Positions 19,588-28,283 of a stretch of 42,667 nt of DNA are shown one piece after another. The position numbers and the translations under genes are program-made. How positions within the stretch are numbered: the first letter of the stretch is position 1; each line of letters begins with the position of its first letter. Source of the DNA: a virus (taxonomy: Duplodnaviria; Caudoviricetes); IMG/VR virus record IMGVR_UViG_3300033076_000982, positions 1 to 42,667 of that record, one strand, 5' to 3'. The notes below the pieces were generated by a model. It was not told the DNA's origin. It searched no databases and saw only the letters and a program-made list of their open reading frames with translations.

Positions 19588-19848
19588 TTAAAATGGAATA
19601 TTATCTGAACGTTTATCTTCGCGCTCTTCAAATACATGAGCTAACACGTTGGGCGCACCTTCTTGGTTACAAATGTGAAGGAAAGATGAAGAAAGATACT
19701 CAGCCTTTAAGCTGACAAACAGCTCTCCTTTCTTATCTTTCTTTTCTTTTATATATCCAATAGTAGTCCAAACTGCTTTATGAGTTCCACTACGAGCATC
19801 ATAATATTCGCCGGACTTGATTACAATTGCTTTATCTTTTGTAGACAT
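19588..19848 (-). CDS. Hypothetical protein ending in an SSB-like tail (DNIPF)
   Basis: AGGAG RBS; 'WTTIG' motif; C-terminal D-x-I-P-F. Confidence 0.65.
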   Translation of the reverse strand: MSTKDKAIVIKSGEYYDARSGTHKAVWTTIGYIKEKKDKKGELFVSLKAEYLSSSFLHICNQEGAPNVLAHVFEEREDKRSDNIPF

Positions 19849-19862
19849 GTGGGGTTCTCCTA

Positions 19863-19911
19863 TAATTACAGAGCCACTCTACATATACAAGCTAGAGTGG
19901 CTGAATAATTA
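19863..19911 (-). promoter_or_regulatory. Intergenic stem-loop (RNA processing site or weak terminator)
   Basis: Perfect 10-bp stem AGCCACTCTA (19872-81) / TAGAGTGGCT (19893-902), extended by TAATTA/TAATTA beyond an internal loop. Confidence 0.55.
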
Positions 19912-19918
19912 CAGCAAA

Positions 19919-20380
19919 TTACGGGGAAGTAATTGCAGTAACAGTGTTGCCGACGGTAGCATTACCGTTAGCGTCCTTGCCTTTCTTAACCTTAAAGAGC
20001 ACTGCATACTCTGCGCCTTTAGAAAGTTCGATCACTTCGCGATTGCTGTTACCGCCAGTGACGCTCTTGATGCCAGCGAGAATGATCTTGAATTCACCTT
20101 GAGCATACTCGTTAGGAGTGCCGTCCTTCTTCTGGAAATAAAAGAACACGCTCGTGGTAGTGCCAGGAACCAGCGGCTCATCAGTATTGTTGGTGAGTTC
20201 CAGAGTCTCCAGCGCAGTAAACTTAACTTGCATTGAAGGCTTCTTGGGATCATCGCCCTGCTTGAATTCAATCGAGCAGCGATGTGCGCCATCAGGGAAA
20301 GGCTTAAATTCAGGAAGATCTGCAAGATCATCCAGCGTGGAATCAAGGAGTGAGTCGAGGAGTGAAGTGTCGTTGGTCAT
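19919..20380 (-). CDS. Single-stranded DNA-binding protein-like (DUF669 / OB-fold)
   Basis: Acidic N-terminus, 'FKPFPDGAH' motif, beta-rich core; lies next to the Sak4-like ATPase and exonuclease. Confidence 0.6.
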   Translation of the reverse strand: MTNDTSLLDSLLDSTLDDLADLPEFKPFPDGAHRCSIEFKQGDDPKKPSMQVKFTALETLELTNNTDEPLVPGTTTSVFFYFQKKDGTPNEYAQGEFKIILAGIKSVTGGNSNREVIELSKGAEYAVLFKVKKGKDANGNATVGNTVTAITSP

Positions 20381-20398
20381 AAATAGTTCCTGAGTTAC

Positions 20399-21040
20399 TT
20401 AGTTGAGATTGAATGTTTCGATGATGTGTGAATCAATAGGCTCTATTACATCTAGATACTCCCGAATAATTGGGTTCAGCTGTGCATACAATTCCTCCTT
20501 AGTGGAATTATTGGTGATGTTAAATACTCGTTTAGCAGGATAAGATGATACATCAAATCCAGACTCGCTGGCATGACCAGAGATTCCCACTTTACCATCT
20601 GCTCCATCCCTTGTCAAGCGGATAAGGATACCTCCTGAATTCATTATCCAATTAGCTTCATCTTGAAAACGCACATCAGAAATACTGACAACAGACGCAG
20701 TAATTAACGCATCCAGTTTATCTCGCAGTGATTCTACCCAGAATCCGTATTCCAAATGAGGACATAGTTTTGAGATGCTGTCTCGGAACAACTCTGTGCC
20801 CACAAATTGTGCAATCTTTCTAGGAGAAACAAGCCACTTGTGATCATCCTGGGATTTCATTGGCTCTTCATTGAAGAAAAATACAGGAAGATTAAAGGCA
20901 GCAGCACATGCTGCTTTTAGATTAGCTGCAAATGAGTGATGAGCTACTCCGTATTTTTGAGTCAAGTATTCTGCGACAGTATCTTTACCTGCGCCAGCAT
21001 GACCTGCGATACCGATGATTTTATAAGGAGTTTTTTTCAT
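20399..21040 (-). CDS. Deoxynucleoside monophosphate kinase (T4 gp1-like)
   Basis: Motifs 'IIGIAGHAGAGKDTVA', 'SFAANLK', 'PRKIAQFVGTE', 'ISDVRFQDEA' and 'HASE'. Confidence 0.92.
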   Translation of the reverse strand: MKKTPYKIIGIAGHAGAGKDTVAEYLTQKYGVAHHSFAANLKAACAAAFNLPVFFFNEEPMKSQDDHKWLVSPRKIAQFVGTELFRDSISKLCPHLEYGFWVESLRDKLDALITASVVSISDVRFQDEANWIMNSGGILIRLTRDGADGKVGISGHASESGFDVSSYPAKRVFNITNNSTKEELYAQLNPIIREYLDVIEPIDSHIIETFNLN

Positions 21041-21049
21041 GATCTATTC

Positions 21050-21937
21050 CTAGTTAGTTTTTGCGGCCTGTGATGCTTTCAATCTTTCCAATGCAGACAT
21101 ACCTTGCGTATTATCTAAACGCTTACCTGCGACAGCGACAACAGGAGTTTTTTCTCCACTAAAGATTTGAATCAAAGACGCCCCATCTCCTGCAGATTCC
21201 AAGGATACATCACTTCGTGATCCAGTAAGTATGTTATTGGCATAGGTTGTGCTACTTCCGAACACGTGTTTTTTGTTTTTGATCTCAGCATAAACAACAT
21301 GTCCAAAGTATTTAGCAGTATTACGGCTAAAGTTACGAGTGCCAGCCGTAGCAACCAATTTCTGTTTTCCATCTTGCATCTCCACTTCCATCTCGTGTGA
21401 AATACATACAACATTATAAGGCGCATTTTGAATGTGACTCAAGAATGTATCCATGAGTTTTCCAAGCGCAGCCCAGTCATCATAGTTCATCTTGTAATCA
21501 TCAGGCTGACCTTTAGTGATGTGAGCAATCGCACTATTGGTGAGCTGAGTGAGAGAATCAAATACAACAATGTCTTGTTTAGGATTCAAAGCTGCAAGAT
21601 GAATGTGATCGCTAGGCTTATTATCTTTTTTGCACAGTGCACAAGATACTTTACCGTGCTCTACACATACATCTACGGGGCCACCCTTAATAATTTTAAG
21701 GCAAGTCTCGATAGCAATAGGATATGCACGAGTATCTGGAAGCTGCACGACATCAATACGTTCTTGCCAATCTATTGGAAGTTTACGCAAAGTTCCTACG
21801 CCACGCTCAAGATCAAACCACTTGAGATTGTAACGCTCACTAAGCCTACCTGTAAGTTCAGTCTTACCAGATTTAGGTGGACCAAATACAAGAACAGTTT
21901 CAGTGGATGTTGGTTGTGTTTCAGTGAGTTTAGCCAT
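21050..21937 (-). CDS. Sak4-like / AAA_24 P-loop ATPase (ssDNA-annealing recombinase)
   Basis: Motifs 'VFGPPKSGKT', 'DLERG', 'VVFDSLT', 'DDWAAL' and 'NVVCISHE'. Confidence 0.8.
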   Translation of the reverse strand: MAKLTETQPTSTETVLVFGPPKSGKTELTGRLSERYNLKWFDLERGVGTLRKLPIDWQERIDVVQLPDTRAYPIAIETCLKIIKGGPVDVCVEHGKVSCALCKKDNKPSDHIHLAALNPKQDIVVFDSLTQLTNSAIAHITKGQPDDYKMNYDDWAALGKLMDTFLSHIQNAPYNVVCISHEMEVEMQDGKQKLVATAGTRNFSRNTAKYFGHVVYAEIKNKKHVFGSSTTYANNILTGSRSDVSLESAGDGASLIQIFSGEKTPVVAVAGKRLDNTQGMSALERLKASQAAKTN

Positions 21938-22134
21938 CAGAGTTTCTCGCCAGTTCTCAATTCGTGATCAGCAGTATCTGCCATTATGTATTTAACTTCC
22001 TGATTTTCGAGGCAGCGCATACTCCAAACATAACCTTCGCGATCTACGGCAACAACATAAATTGCTTGAAGTTTATTTTCTTCAAGAGCCTCTGAAATAG
22101 GAAGCAACAAATCTGCACTAAGTTTACTATCCAT
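21937..22134 (-). CDS. Hypothetical protein
   Basis: GGAG RBS before ATG 22134 (MDSKLSAD...); TGATG coupling to the next gene. Confidence 0.6.
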   Translation of the reverse strand: MDSKLSADLLLPISEALEENKLQAIYVVAVDREGYVWSMRCLENQEVKYIMADTADHELRTGEKL

Positions 22135-22231
22135 TATAAATCTCCGGCTCAAGTGTGTAAGTGTAATCGTAATTCCGCACTGCGGAAAGGTATAACCAAA
22201 AGAAATACTCTTTTCTTTCGTCTTGTGTCAT
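22127..22231 (-). CDS. 34-aa aromatic-rich peptide (not in the ORF track)
   Basis: TGATG overlap with the nuclease stop; MTQDERKEYFFWLYLSAVRNYDYTYTLEPEIYNG; fills the gap. Confidence 0.45.
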   Translation of the reverse strand: MTQDERKEYFFWLYLSAVRNYDYTYTLEPEIYNG

Positions 22232-23151
22232 CAGCTTTTCCTAAGTTGTGCTTCAATCAAATCATCCAGAGTCAATACAATATCATATTGCTCTAGCTCT
22301 CTGTCCAGTTTTTCAATATCTCCTGCGTCAAGTGACTTAATAAGGAAGCGAGTATTGAGTGTGCAAGAACTAATGAATTCACACTCACGCCCAAATGATA
22401 CGCAAGATTCGCCGCGCATAGGAAAGATACCGGCGGCGTCATAACGCTCAATATCCTCTACATCGAATAGCAATTCTTGAATCCATTGAGCACGAGCGAG
22501 ATAAGATTTAGTGAACTCAAATCGTTCCCAGTTCATATCCTTTGTCTTATATACCAGATACACAACTTTATAAGAACTGAGTTCTGGAAACAAAACGTCA
22601 AGCACAATGCTATATCCAATAGCCTGGGAAGAATTCTTATACTGTGCAGGATTTACAGCACTAAACCAAGTAGTCTTGCCTTCAATGACAACTACTTCAC
22701 CTGATTCTTCATGCTGCATAACACAGTCTACCCAGCCACGATAGATAAAACCGGAAGGAAAAGTAATTGCAAAGCCAAGTTCACATGCCGGCTTACCTTT
22801 ATACTGCAATACTTTATAACCTTGAAGCAGACCATTAGAGATCATGCTATCAAAGCGATTAAATGCTGTGACTGCGCTATAAAAAGATTTATTGCGTTTC
22901 TCATCACGTAATTCAAGATCAAGAGTCCAGGTAAGATACGCTTCCCAGATAACTGTATCAAGACTTTTACCTGTAAGAAGTTGTTGAATACCTTCGCCAA
23001 CAATCCCGCCATACAGAAGTGTAATTCCGCGGCTTCCATCTGAGTCAGTATCTTCTCCAACTGATCCCAGTTTTTGGAGTTGAAACTTTCGTGGGCAGCT
23101 GTGAAGTGTCGAGCGTCCCGAATATGAGAGAAATTGTAGCCTGCGATCCAT
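22231..23151 (-). CDS. PD-(D/E)XK exonuclease (Cas4/RecB-like)
   Basis: Motifs 'LSYS...CPRKF', 'E..F', 'GWVD', 'EGKT', 'Q...Y' and C-terminal Cys (C-x5-C-x4-C). Confidence 0.85.
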   Translation of the reverse strand: MDRRLQFLSYSGRSTLHSCPRKFQLQKLGSVGEDTDSDGSRGITLLYGGIVGEGIQQLLTGKSLDTVIWEAYLTWTLDLELRDEKRNKSFYSAVTAFNRFDSMISNGLLQGYKVLQYKGKPACELGFAITFPSGFIYRGWVDCVMQHEESGEVVVIEGKTTWFSAVNPAQYKNSSQAIGYSIVLDVLFPELSSYKVVYLVYKTKDMNWERFEFTKSYLARAQWIQELLFDVEDIERYDAAGIFPMRGESCVSFGRECEFISSCTLNTRFLIKSLDAGDIEKLDRELEQYDIVLTLDDLIEAQLRKS

Positions 23152-23437
23152 AATGGATCTCCATGAGAGTGTAATGAATTATATGGTGGGGCACGCCCAG
23201 AATATATGAAAGCTGATTCTGTTCGTATGAATTAAGCTGAGATAAAACTTGAAACCAAGGAAGATCTGGATAAGATATTGGCTGGAGCCAATTAGCTAAC
23301 TCCTTAAATCCCTCCATGTAATCACAGTATACATCTTTGAATGGAGCATTGAGATATAAAGTGAGCAAAGATTTAAGCGGAAAAGGTTTAGCTAGTAACT
23401 GTCTGCGCTTAACAAATTCTTCCACCGCATTGGACAT
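23045..23437 (-). CDS. Hypothetical protein
   Basis: Fills the operon gap, although its 3' end overlaps the nuclease gene by 107 bp. Confidence 0.5.
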   Translation of the reverse strand: MSNAVEEFVKRRQLLAKPFPLKSLLTLYLNAPFKDVYCDYMEGFKELANWLQPISYPDLPWFQVLSQLNSYEQNQLSYILGVPHHIIHYTLMEIHYGSQATISLIFGTLDTSQLPTKVSTPKTGISWRRY

Positions 23438-23750
23438 ATTCTTTTGCCTCAGCCAGGATGCAGTCTAAATAATCTGAGTCACTACAAGATACAATCTTAT
23501 TAACTGCATCTGTGTGCCCAGATATGTTTGCAATATCTACCACAAAAGGAGACACACTAAGGCGAGTGTATCCTACTTGAACAGCAATTACAATTCTCGG
23601 ATCTTTAATTCCTTGAAGAATATATAGTTTGCCATCAAGATTCTTGCCTTCCCAGATTGTAGCAGTTTCTATTGCGATGCCGCACTTAGTTTTGTTGAGA
23701 GGAAAATTTGGATCATAATGCAAAGGCAAACGAATAGTTTGCGAATTCAT
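23409..23750 (-). CDS. Hypothetical protein
   Basis: AGGAG RBS; 113 aa. Confidence 0.65.
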   Translation of the reverse strand: MNSQTIRLPLHYDPNFPLNKTKCGIAIETATIWEGKNLDGKLYILQGIKDPRIVIAVQVGYTRLSVSPFVVDIANISGHTDAVNKIVSCSDSDYLDCILAEAKEYVQCGGRIC

Positions 23751-23759
23751 TGCAATCTC

Positions 23760-24023
23760 CTACAAATCTGCAAGTGTAATCTTATTGACAGCTTTTTTAC
23801 CGGCAGGAGTTTTAGATGCAGTGACGATCTCGATTGCAGTTTGACGCTTCAGGCCAGTGACAATAGTTCCAATCTCTTCTTCAGAGATAAGAGTCACAAG
23901 TTCAGGATCAGCTTTAAGTTGCTGATGAATAGTGCGAAGAAGCACTGGCATATGAGGATGAGATGTAAGAAGCTTATTGGAAAGATCAGCAATAGCTTCC
24001 TTGAGCTGTTCAGCAGGCGTCAT
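23760..24023 (-). CDS. Hypothetical protein (helical, basic C-terminus)
   Basis: ATGA overlap; protein-like composition. Confidence 0.75.
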   Translation of the reverse strand: MTPAEQLKEAIADLSNKLLTSHPHMPVLLRTIHQQLKADPELVTLISEEEIGTIVTGLKRQTAIEIVTASKTPAGKKAVNKITLADL

Positions 24024-24238
24024 TTGGTATACCCCTTAAAAGAATTAACTCGTTCAATAAGTGATTCGAGAATATAAAGCATCAGTGGAATATGAATCCA
24101 GCCAGCTTTATATTCTACGCTGCGGAGAATCAAAAGTAAAGCAGAGGCAGTGACATTGAATTGTTTTAAAAAAGCAGCAGTGTCACTAGGTAGATCTTTG
24201 CGGTGGCCATCATGATCATGAGATTCAGTTGTGCTCAC
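24020..24238 (-). CDS. Hypothetical protein, possibly membrane-associated
   Basis: AGGAG RBS, GTGA overlap, two hydrophobic stretches. Confidence 0.55.
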   Translation of the reverse strand: MSTTESHDHDGHRKDLPSDTAAFLKQFNVTASALLLILRSVEYKAGWIHIPLMLYILESLIERVNSFKGYTK

Positions 24239-24507
24239 CTTAAATCTCCTGACAATCTGGGATCAGTCCAAGCAGCAACAGGAAGCGGAGTTTGACAAAT
24301 CATTTTCAGCCACGCAACTCCTCGCTCAGTTAATTCATAATAACCAGTTCCGGATTTTTTAATTACATTGTTTTCAAGATAACGTGAAATAATTTCTTGT
24401 TGAGCTGAAAACTCCAAATCAGTTCTCTTTTCTATTTTACAATAAAAACTAATCAATAAATCAATAGCTAACGGTGAGACGCCTTTATTATTCAGCGGAA
24501 TGTTCAT
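24235..24507 (-). CDS. Winged-helix-like hypothetical protein
   Basis: 'YLENNVI...YELTERG' resembles the wHTH wing motif; AGGAG RBS. Confidence 0.6.
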   Translation of the reverse strand: MNIPLNNKGVSPLAIDLLISFYCKIEKRTDLEFSAQQEIISRYLENNVIKKSGTGYYELTERGVAWLKMICQTPLPVAAWTDPRLSGDLR

Positions 24508-24707
24508 CTCAAATCTCCTTTAAACAGTTCTGCAATTTCTTGCAGGCTAGGAATACTAATAGTTTCAGGTTTAAAAGTAGGTATGTTCCTGGGACAATCC
24601 GGCAGCGCTCCTGAGTCCTGATACTGACTGGGAATATCTTTGCCTAGCCTCATGCAGAAATCACTTTTAACTCTAAATTTATTATGCGAACAGTAATTAC
24701 ATTCCAC
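24504..24707 (-). CDS. Small Cys-containing (possible Zn-binding) protein
   Basis: C-x2-C...C...CP; AAGGA RBS before GTG. Confidence 0.55.
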   Translation of the reverse strand: MECNYCSHNKFRVKSDFCMRLGKDIPSQYQDSGALPDCPRNIPTFKPETISIPSLQEIAELFKGDLR

Positions 24708-24708
24708 T

Positions 24709-24867
24709 TTATAGATCCTTTAAAACGTATTTATAATTCAAAACAGCTGATCCGATATTTAATACAGCAACAGCGATTAATTGAGGCGAAGGATATAAAA
24801 GATACTTAAAAAGACAGGCGCCGGCCACAATTATGTTGCAATAAAATACACAGTATTTTATTCTCAT
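24709..24867 (-). CDS. 52-aa membrane protein with two hydrophobic segments (not in the ORF track)
   Basis: ATGA overlap with 24864, GAGG RBS; MRIKYCVFYCNIIVAGACLFKYLLYPSPQLIAVAVLNIGSAVLNYKYVLKDL. Confidence 0.55.
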   Translation of the reverse strand: MRIKYCVFYCNIIVAGACLFKYLLYPSPQLIAVAVLNIGSAVLNYKYVLKDL

Positions 24868-25130
24868 AAATCCTCTAGTCCAATGGATACAACGAGTTTG
24901 AATTCAATAACACTTTGCTTGGATTTAATGCTGAGTCTTGCTACCTTCCCTTTTTCTTTGAGCTGTAATTTATATCCTAGATCCAAATCTTTTCTTTTAT
25001 ATACAGCTTTTTTGATTCTTGGATGCAAAGGTCTAGGCGCACTAACACGACAGATATTATCTTTCTTGAGTGCAACCCAGATAGGATCATAGTCTGAAGT
25101 GATTGGAATTACATGGAAAGAATTACTCAT
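24864..25130 (-). CDS. Basic hypothetical protein
   Basis: Start moved to ATG 25130 after GGAG; Lys/Arg-rich, 'YDPIW.ALK' motif. Confidence 0.7.
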   Translation of the reverse strand: MSNSFHVIPITSDYDPIWVALKKDNICRVSAPRPLHPRIKKAVYKRKDLDLGYKLQLKEKGKVARLSIKSKQSVIEFKLVVSIGLEDL

Positions 25131-25455
25131 TTGAGTTACTCTCTCCTTCAACAGCTATGAGTTTAAATTTGGATTCCCGCTTGGCTTGTGCAGCATATAC
25201 CTTGTATGTTTTAGGCCAGTCAGTGCCTTTAGATATACACTCCACATATATTGTTTTATTTTTCAGTGCAGGCTCAGCACCTATGCGAATCATCATCTCA
25301 TCTAAGCGAGACTTTGCAGTATGAATACCTGAGCGGAAAGAAGATACATCTAGTGCAGATGCGAACTGAAGCATCACAGTTTTATCTAGGTATAAATACT
25401 TTGTGAGTATATCGCGGGGAGTCATATGATCTATGCTTTTCTTATTAGTGTCCAC
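25123..25455 (-). CDS. Hypothetical protein
   Basis: Fills the operon; start uncertain. Confidence 0.6.
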   Translation of the reverse strand: MDTNKKSIDHMTPRDILTKYLYLDKTVMLQFASALDVSSFRSGIHTAKSRLDEMMIRIGAEPALKNKTIYVECISKGTDWPKTYKVYAAQAKRESKFKLIAVEGESNSNE

Positions 25456-25505
25456 GAAAATGGCCCATATTTCAGAGCCATTTCCATTGAAACTATTTCA
25501 GAGTA

Positions 25506-26210
25506 TTACAGATTTGCAAGCAGTGCAGCCTCGTCCAGATTAAGCAGAGCTTCAGCCTTAGCTTCAAGGAACGCAGCACACTCAGCAAACTCTTCAGCAC
25601 GCGGCGAGTTAGAAACATACAGAGCAAGCTGCGACTGGAGAAGTTTCAGCACTGGCTTATTAGTCTTAACCTGACCATTAAACTTGCTGAGCAGAATCTT
25701 AGAAGCAGCAGTGACCTGATCCGTAGTCTTGCCAGTAACTGCCGGCATAACTGCAATGTAATCCTTGGAAAACTCTTCCCAAGTTTCCTTGCTGATACCG
25801 CCACCGCGACGTTCTGCTTTGGGCAGATTTGCAATGTATTCCCAAGCCAGCTTTTCCAGCGGAAAGTTAGCCTGAGTCAGAGACTCATCATCATTGATAA
25901 GTTCACGCGCATTGGCAAGAACAATATCAGCAGCAGCTTCAAGCAAAAGTTCCAGACCTTTACCGCCACCTTCAATAATAGCGATAATACCTTCAACGCT
26001 AGGAACAGGCAGAGTAAGAGAAACAGTGGGACGCTTAATAGTATCGCCAGTTTCCTTGCCTTCAGCATCCTTCACTTTTACAGACTTAAAATGAAACGAT
26101 GCTTCCTTAGCATCAACCTTATTGTCAAACTTAGCAACAATAGCACGCTTGAGAGTTTCAGCAGCTGCGGCGGCCTGTTCTGCGGAGATAACTTCAGTAG
26201 CTTCAGTCAT
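25506..26210 (-). CDS. Hypothetical early/middle protein, probably abundant
   Basis: 234 aa, AGGA RBS, preceded by its own promoter and hairpin; codon use resembles the capsid gene. Confidence 0.8.
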   Translation of the reverse strand: MTEATEVISAEQAAAAAETLKRAIVAKFDNKVDAKEASFHFKSVKVKDAEGKETGDTIKRPTVSLTLPVPSVEGIIAIIEGGGKGLELLLEAAADIVLANARELINDDESLTQANFPLEKLAWEYIANLPKAERRGGGISKETWEEFSKDYIAVMPAVTGKTTDQVTAASKILLSKFNGQVKTNKPVLKLLQSQLALYVSNSPRAEEFAECAAFLEAKAEALLNLDEAALLANL

Positions 26211-26240
26211 TGGAATATCCTAAATGATTATGGGAGAGAT

Positions 26241-26281
26241 AAAAAACTGGCTGCTTGATGTTTTAGAATCTTGCAGCCAGT
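26241..26281 (-). terminator. Rho-independent terminator-like hairpin
   Basis: ACTGGCTGC (26246-54) / GCAGCCAGT (26273-81) stem followed by a T-run on the - strand. Confidence 0.65.
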
Positions 26282-26286
26282 GATAC

Positions 26287-26314
26287 AGCATAACATGGAT
26301 CGGTGAGGTGTCAA
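26287..26314 (-). promoter_or_regulatory. Sigma70-type promoter
   Basis: - strand TTGACA-16 nt-TATGCT with an extended -10 TG. Confidence 0.65.
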
Positions 26315-26517
26315 GTGCCCCGCAATAGTTTAAGTTTCCTTTGATATTCGCGCTTTAATTCGGCACTTGTGAATTCAAGTTTTTCTTCTATATGTTGTGC
26401 AGAAAATGTAAATCCTACTTCCTTATACAATGCAATAAGATTGTGGCTTGCCTGTTTAAGCTGAGCCTGCTTCCAATTGTATTCTCTTGCTAATTGTTGT
26501 GCGGGTGTAGCTATCAT
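26311..26517 (-). CDS. Hypothetical protein
   Basis: ATGA overlap with the helicase; AGGAG RBS. Confidence 0.65.
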   Translation of the reverse strand: MIATPAQQLAREYNWKQAQLKQASHNLIALYKEVGFTFSAQHIEEKLEFTSAELKREYQRKLKLLRGT

Positions 26518-28283
26518 ATCAATCGCTCCTGTTTGCCTTTGAAGAATTCTGCTTTTTCTTTCAGAGTATTACCTTTGATGCGCTGTGATTGTATCGCATT
26601 TGTGAATGTTTCAGGCTCACAGATAATATATAGCTCTTCTCTTGCCCGAGTTACTGCGGTGTATAGTAACTCTCGCTGCATCATAGTTGCGTGAGATCTG
26701 TGAAATACACAGAATACTTTACGCCACTCAGAACCTTGACTTTTATGCACTGTAAGAGCGTACGCAAGAATAAGAGCATTGAGTTCAGATGCAGTATCAA
26801 TTACAATCTCACGCTCAGTATCTTTGAGAAGGAGAGTGACTTGATGTGAACCTACTTTTACACGATCTTCATTATCTCCAGATAGTGTAGCGGCAGCTTG
26901 ATCCAAAAGAAAATCCATGCTGTTAATATCTGTATCTGAATCAACTGAATCTACGGCAGGTATTGCGGCAGCATCTAACTGTCCCCAATAGTTTAGCGCA
27001 GTAGAAGGCGAAAGATATGAAGCACCGACAAATGCAGGATTCGGTTTAATATCTAGGATTACTGCATCTTCCTTGTCATATAGAACCTTATCTCCGATTG
27101 CATAATAATGCTTGTTAAAGCCTGCAATTATTTCATGCACTGCGGCATCGCGTTTACGAGATAAATGTTGTGCGATATGTTTATTAAGCTCAGTGGTTCC
27201 AAGTCCTTTGTTAAATGGAATTAGAATCATATCCTGATCTGGATCATATGCGCCAGCATCATTAGCTTTGCGGAAAAAATCTGCAACTGTCAGTAGCGCA
27301 ATATCTTCATGCAGTTTCTTTTTCCAAGGATGAAGTGTTAATTGGTTTGGAACTTTCCAATCCATATACTCACGACTAGGAATAACTTTACCCGAAAGAA
27401 TCCGATGGGCAAGACGTATGATCGGAGATTCCAGTGCTTGTCTGTATACCTGTGTAAGCTCAATGGTAGGTAATTCGAGCATCTTATAACCGAGAATTGC
27501 ACTGCCAAATACCGGCGGGAGCTGTTGAATATCTCCAAGGAATATGAACTGAACATCCCTACCGCCACACGCCGATAGAACTTCATTGAATAACTCCACT
27601 GAAATCATTGAGGATTCTTCAAATACAATGGTGCGAATAGATTCCCCAATAGGTCGCACATGATTGCGAGTAGGAGTAAATCTCATTGTGGACTTCATGT
27701 TACCGGTTACAGGATCGAGCACATCAAAATACTGCGGCTCATATTCAAGAAGTTTGTGAATAGTAATTGCGTTACCTTTAAGATTGTCTGGCAGATTCTT
27801 GCGTAGATTGTTTACTGCGCGGCGAGTAAATGCACAGAATACAATCCCAGGAACTTTAGTTGGAAGATATTTGTGAATCTCATCTGCTGGAATGATTGGG
27901 AGTTTACCTGACAATTCCAAAGATGTAGCTGTGCCTCGCATGCAAGTTGTTTTACCTGTTCCTGCGGCACCTATTAGAATGCAGGATTGCATTTGAGTAG
28001 CAAGATCAATAAATGCTTGCTGTTCTGCATTATATTGAATTGGCGAACCTGCTCCACTTACAGCGACTGGAGCTGAGATTGTTTTGGAATCTCCAGGATT
28101 TTTTATTACAGCGGAATTTGCGGTAACGGATTGCTGTAATTCCGCTGTGAGGATGGCTCCATTGGAGATACATTGATTTGATTCCTGTTTGTTGATCTTA
28201 GTATCGTTACGCGAACGAGCAGCAGCAAGCATTGCACGCAAACGTTCTTGATTAAGAGTGATTGTATTATTTGGAGGACTCAT
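26514..28283 (-). CDS. SF1B helicase, RecD2/Dda-like
   Basis: Motifs 'GAAGTGKTT', 'AFTRRAV', 'TIHKLL', 'EESSM', 'LGDIQQLPPV', 'LTQVYRQ', 'YALTVHKSQGSEW' and 'LLYTAVTRA'. Confidence 0.95.
   Translation of the reverse strand: MSPPNNTITLNQERLRAMLAAARSRNDTKINKQESNQCISNGAILTAELQQSVTANSAVIKNPGDSKTISAPVAVSGAGSPIQYNAEQQAFIDLATQMQSCILIGAAGTGKTTCMRGTATSLELSGKLPIIPADEIHKYLPTKVPGIVFCAFTRRAVNNLRKNLPDNLKGNAITIHKLLEYEPQYFDVLDPVTGNMKSTMRFTPTRNHVRPIGESIRTIVFEESSMISVELFNEVLSACGGRDVQFIFLGDIQQLPPVFGSAILGYKMLELPTIELTQVYRQALESPIIRLAHRILSGKVIPSREYMDWKVPNQLTLHPWKKKLHEDIALLTVADFFRKANDAGAYDPDQDMILIPFNKGLGTTELNKHIAQHLSRKRDAAVHEIIAGFNKHYYAIGDKVLYDKEDAVILDIKPNPAFVGASYLSPSTALNYWGQLDAAAIPAVDSVDSDTDINSMDFLLDQAAATLSGDNEDRVKVGSHQVTLLLKDTEREIVIDTASELNALILAYALTVHKSQGSEWRKVFCVFHRSHATMMQRELLYTAVTRAREELYIICEPETFTNAIQSQRIKGNTLKEKAEFFKGKQERLI

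Noticed and set aside
22231-23151. Cas4-like nuclease as a sign of a CRISPR system
   Set aside because: No cas1/cas2 or array; stand-alone PD-(D/E)XK exonucleases next to Sak4/SSB genes are ordinary phage recombination genes.
24235-24520. Two neighbouring proteins both ending in GDLR
   Set aside because: Explained by AGGAGATTT ribosome-binding sites plus stop/start overlaps, not by homology.
24840-24862. AT-rich palindrome AATAAAATAC-ACA-GTATTTTATT
   Set aside because: Single copy, weak stem, inside the start of a small ORF; could be an operator but there is no supporting second site.
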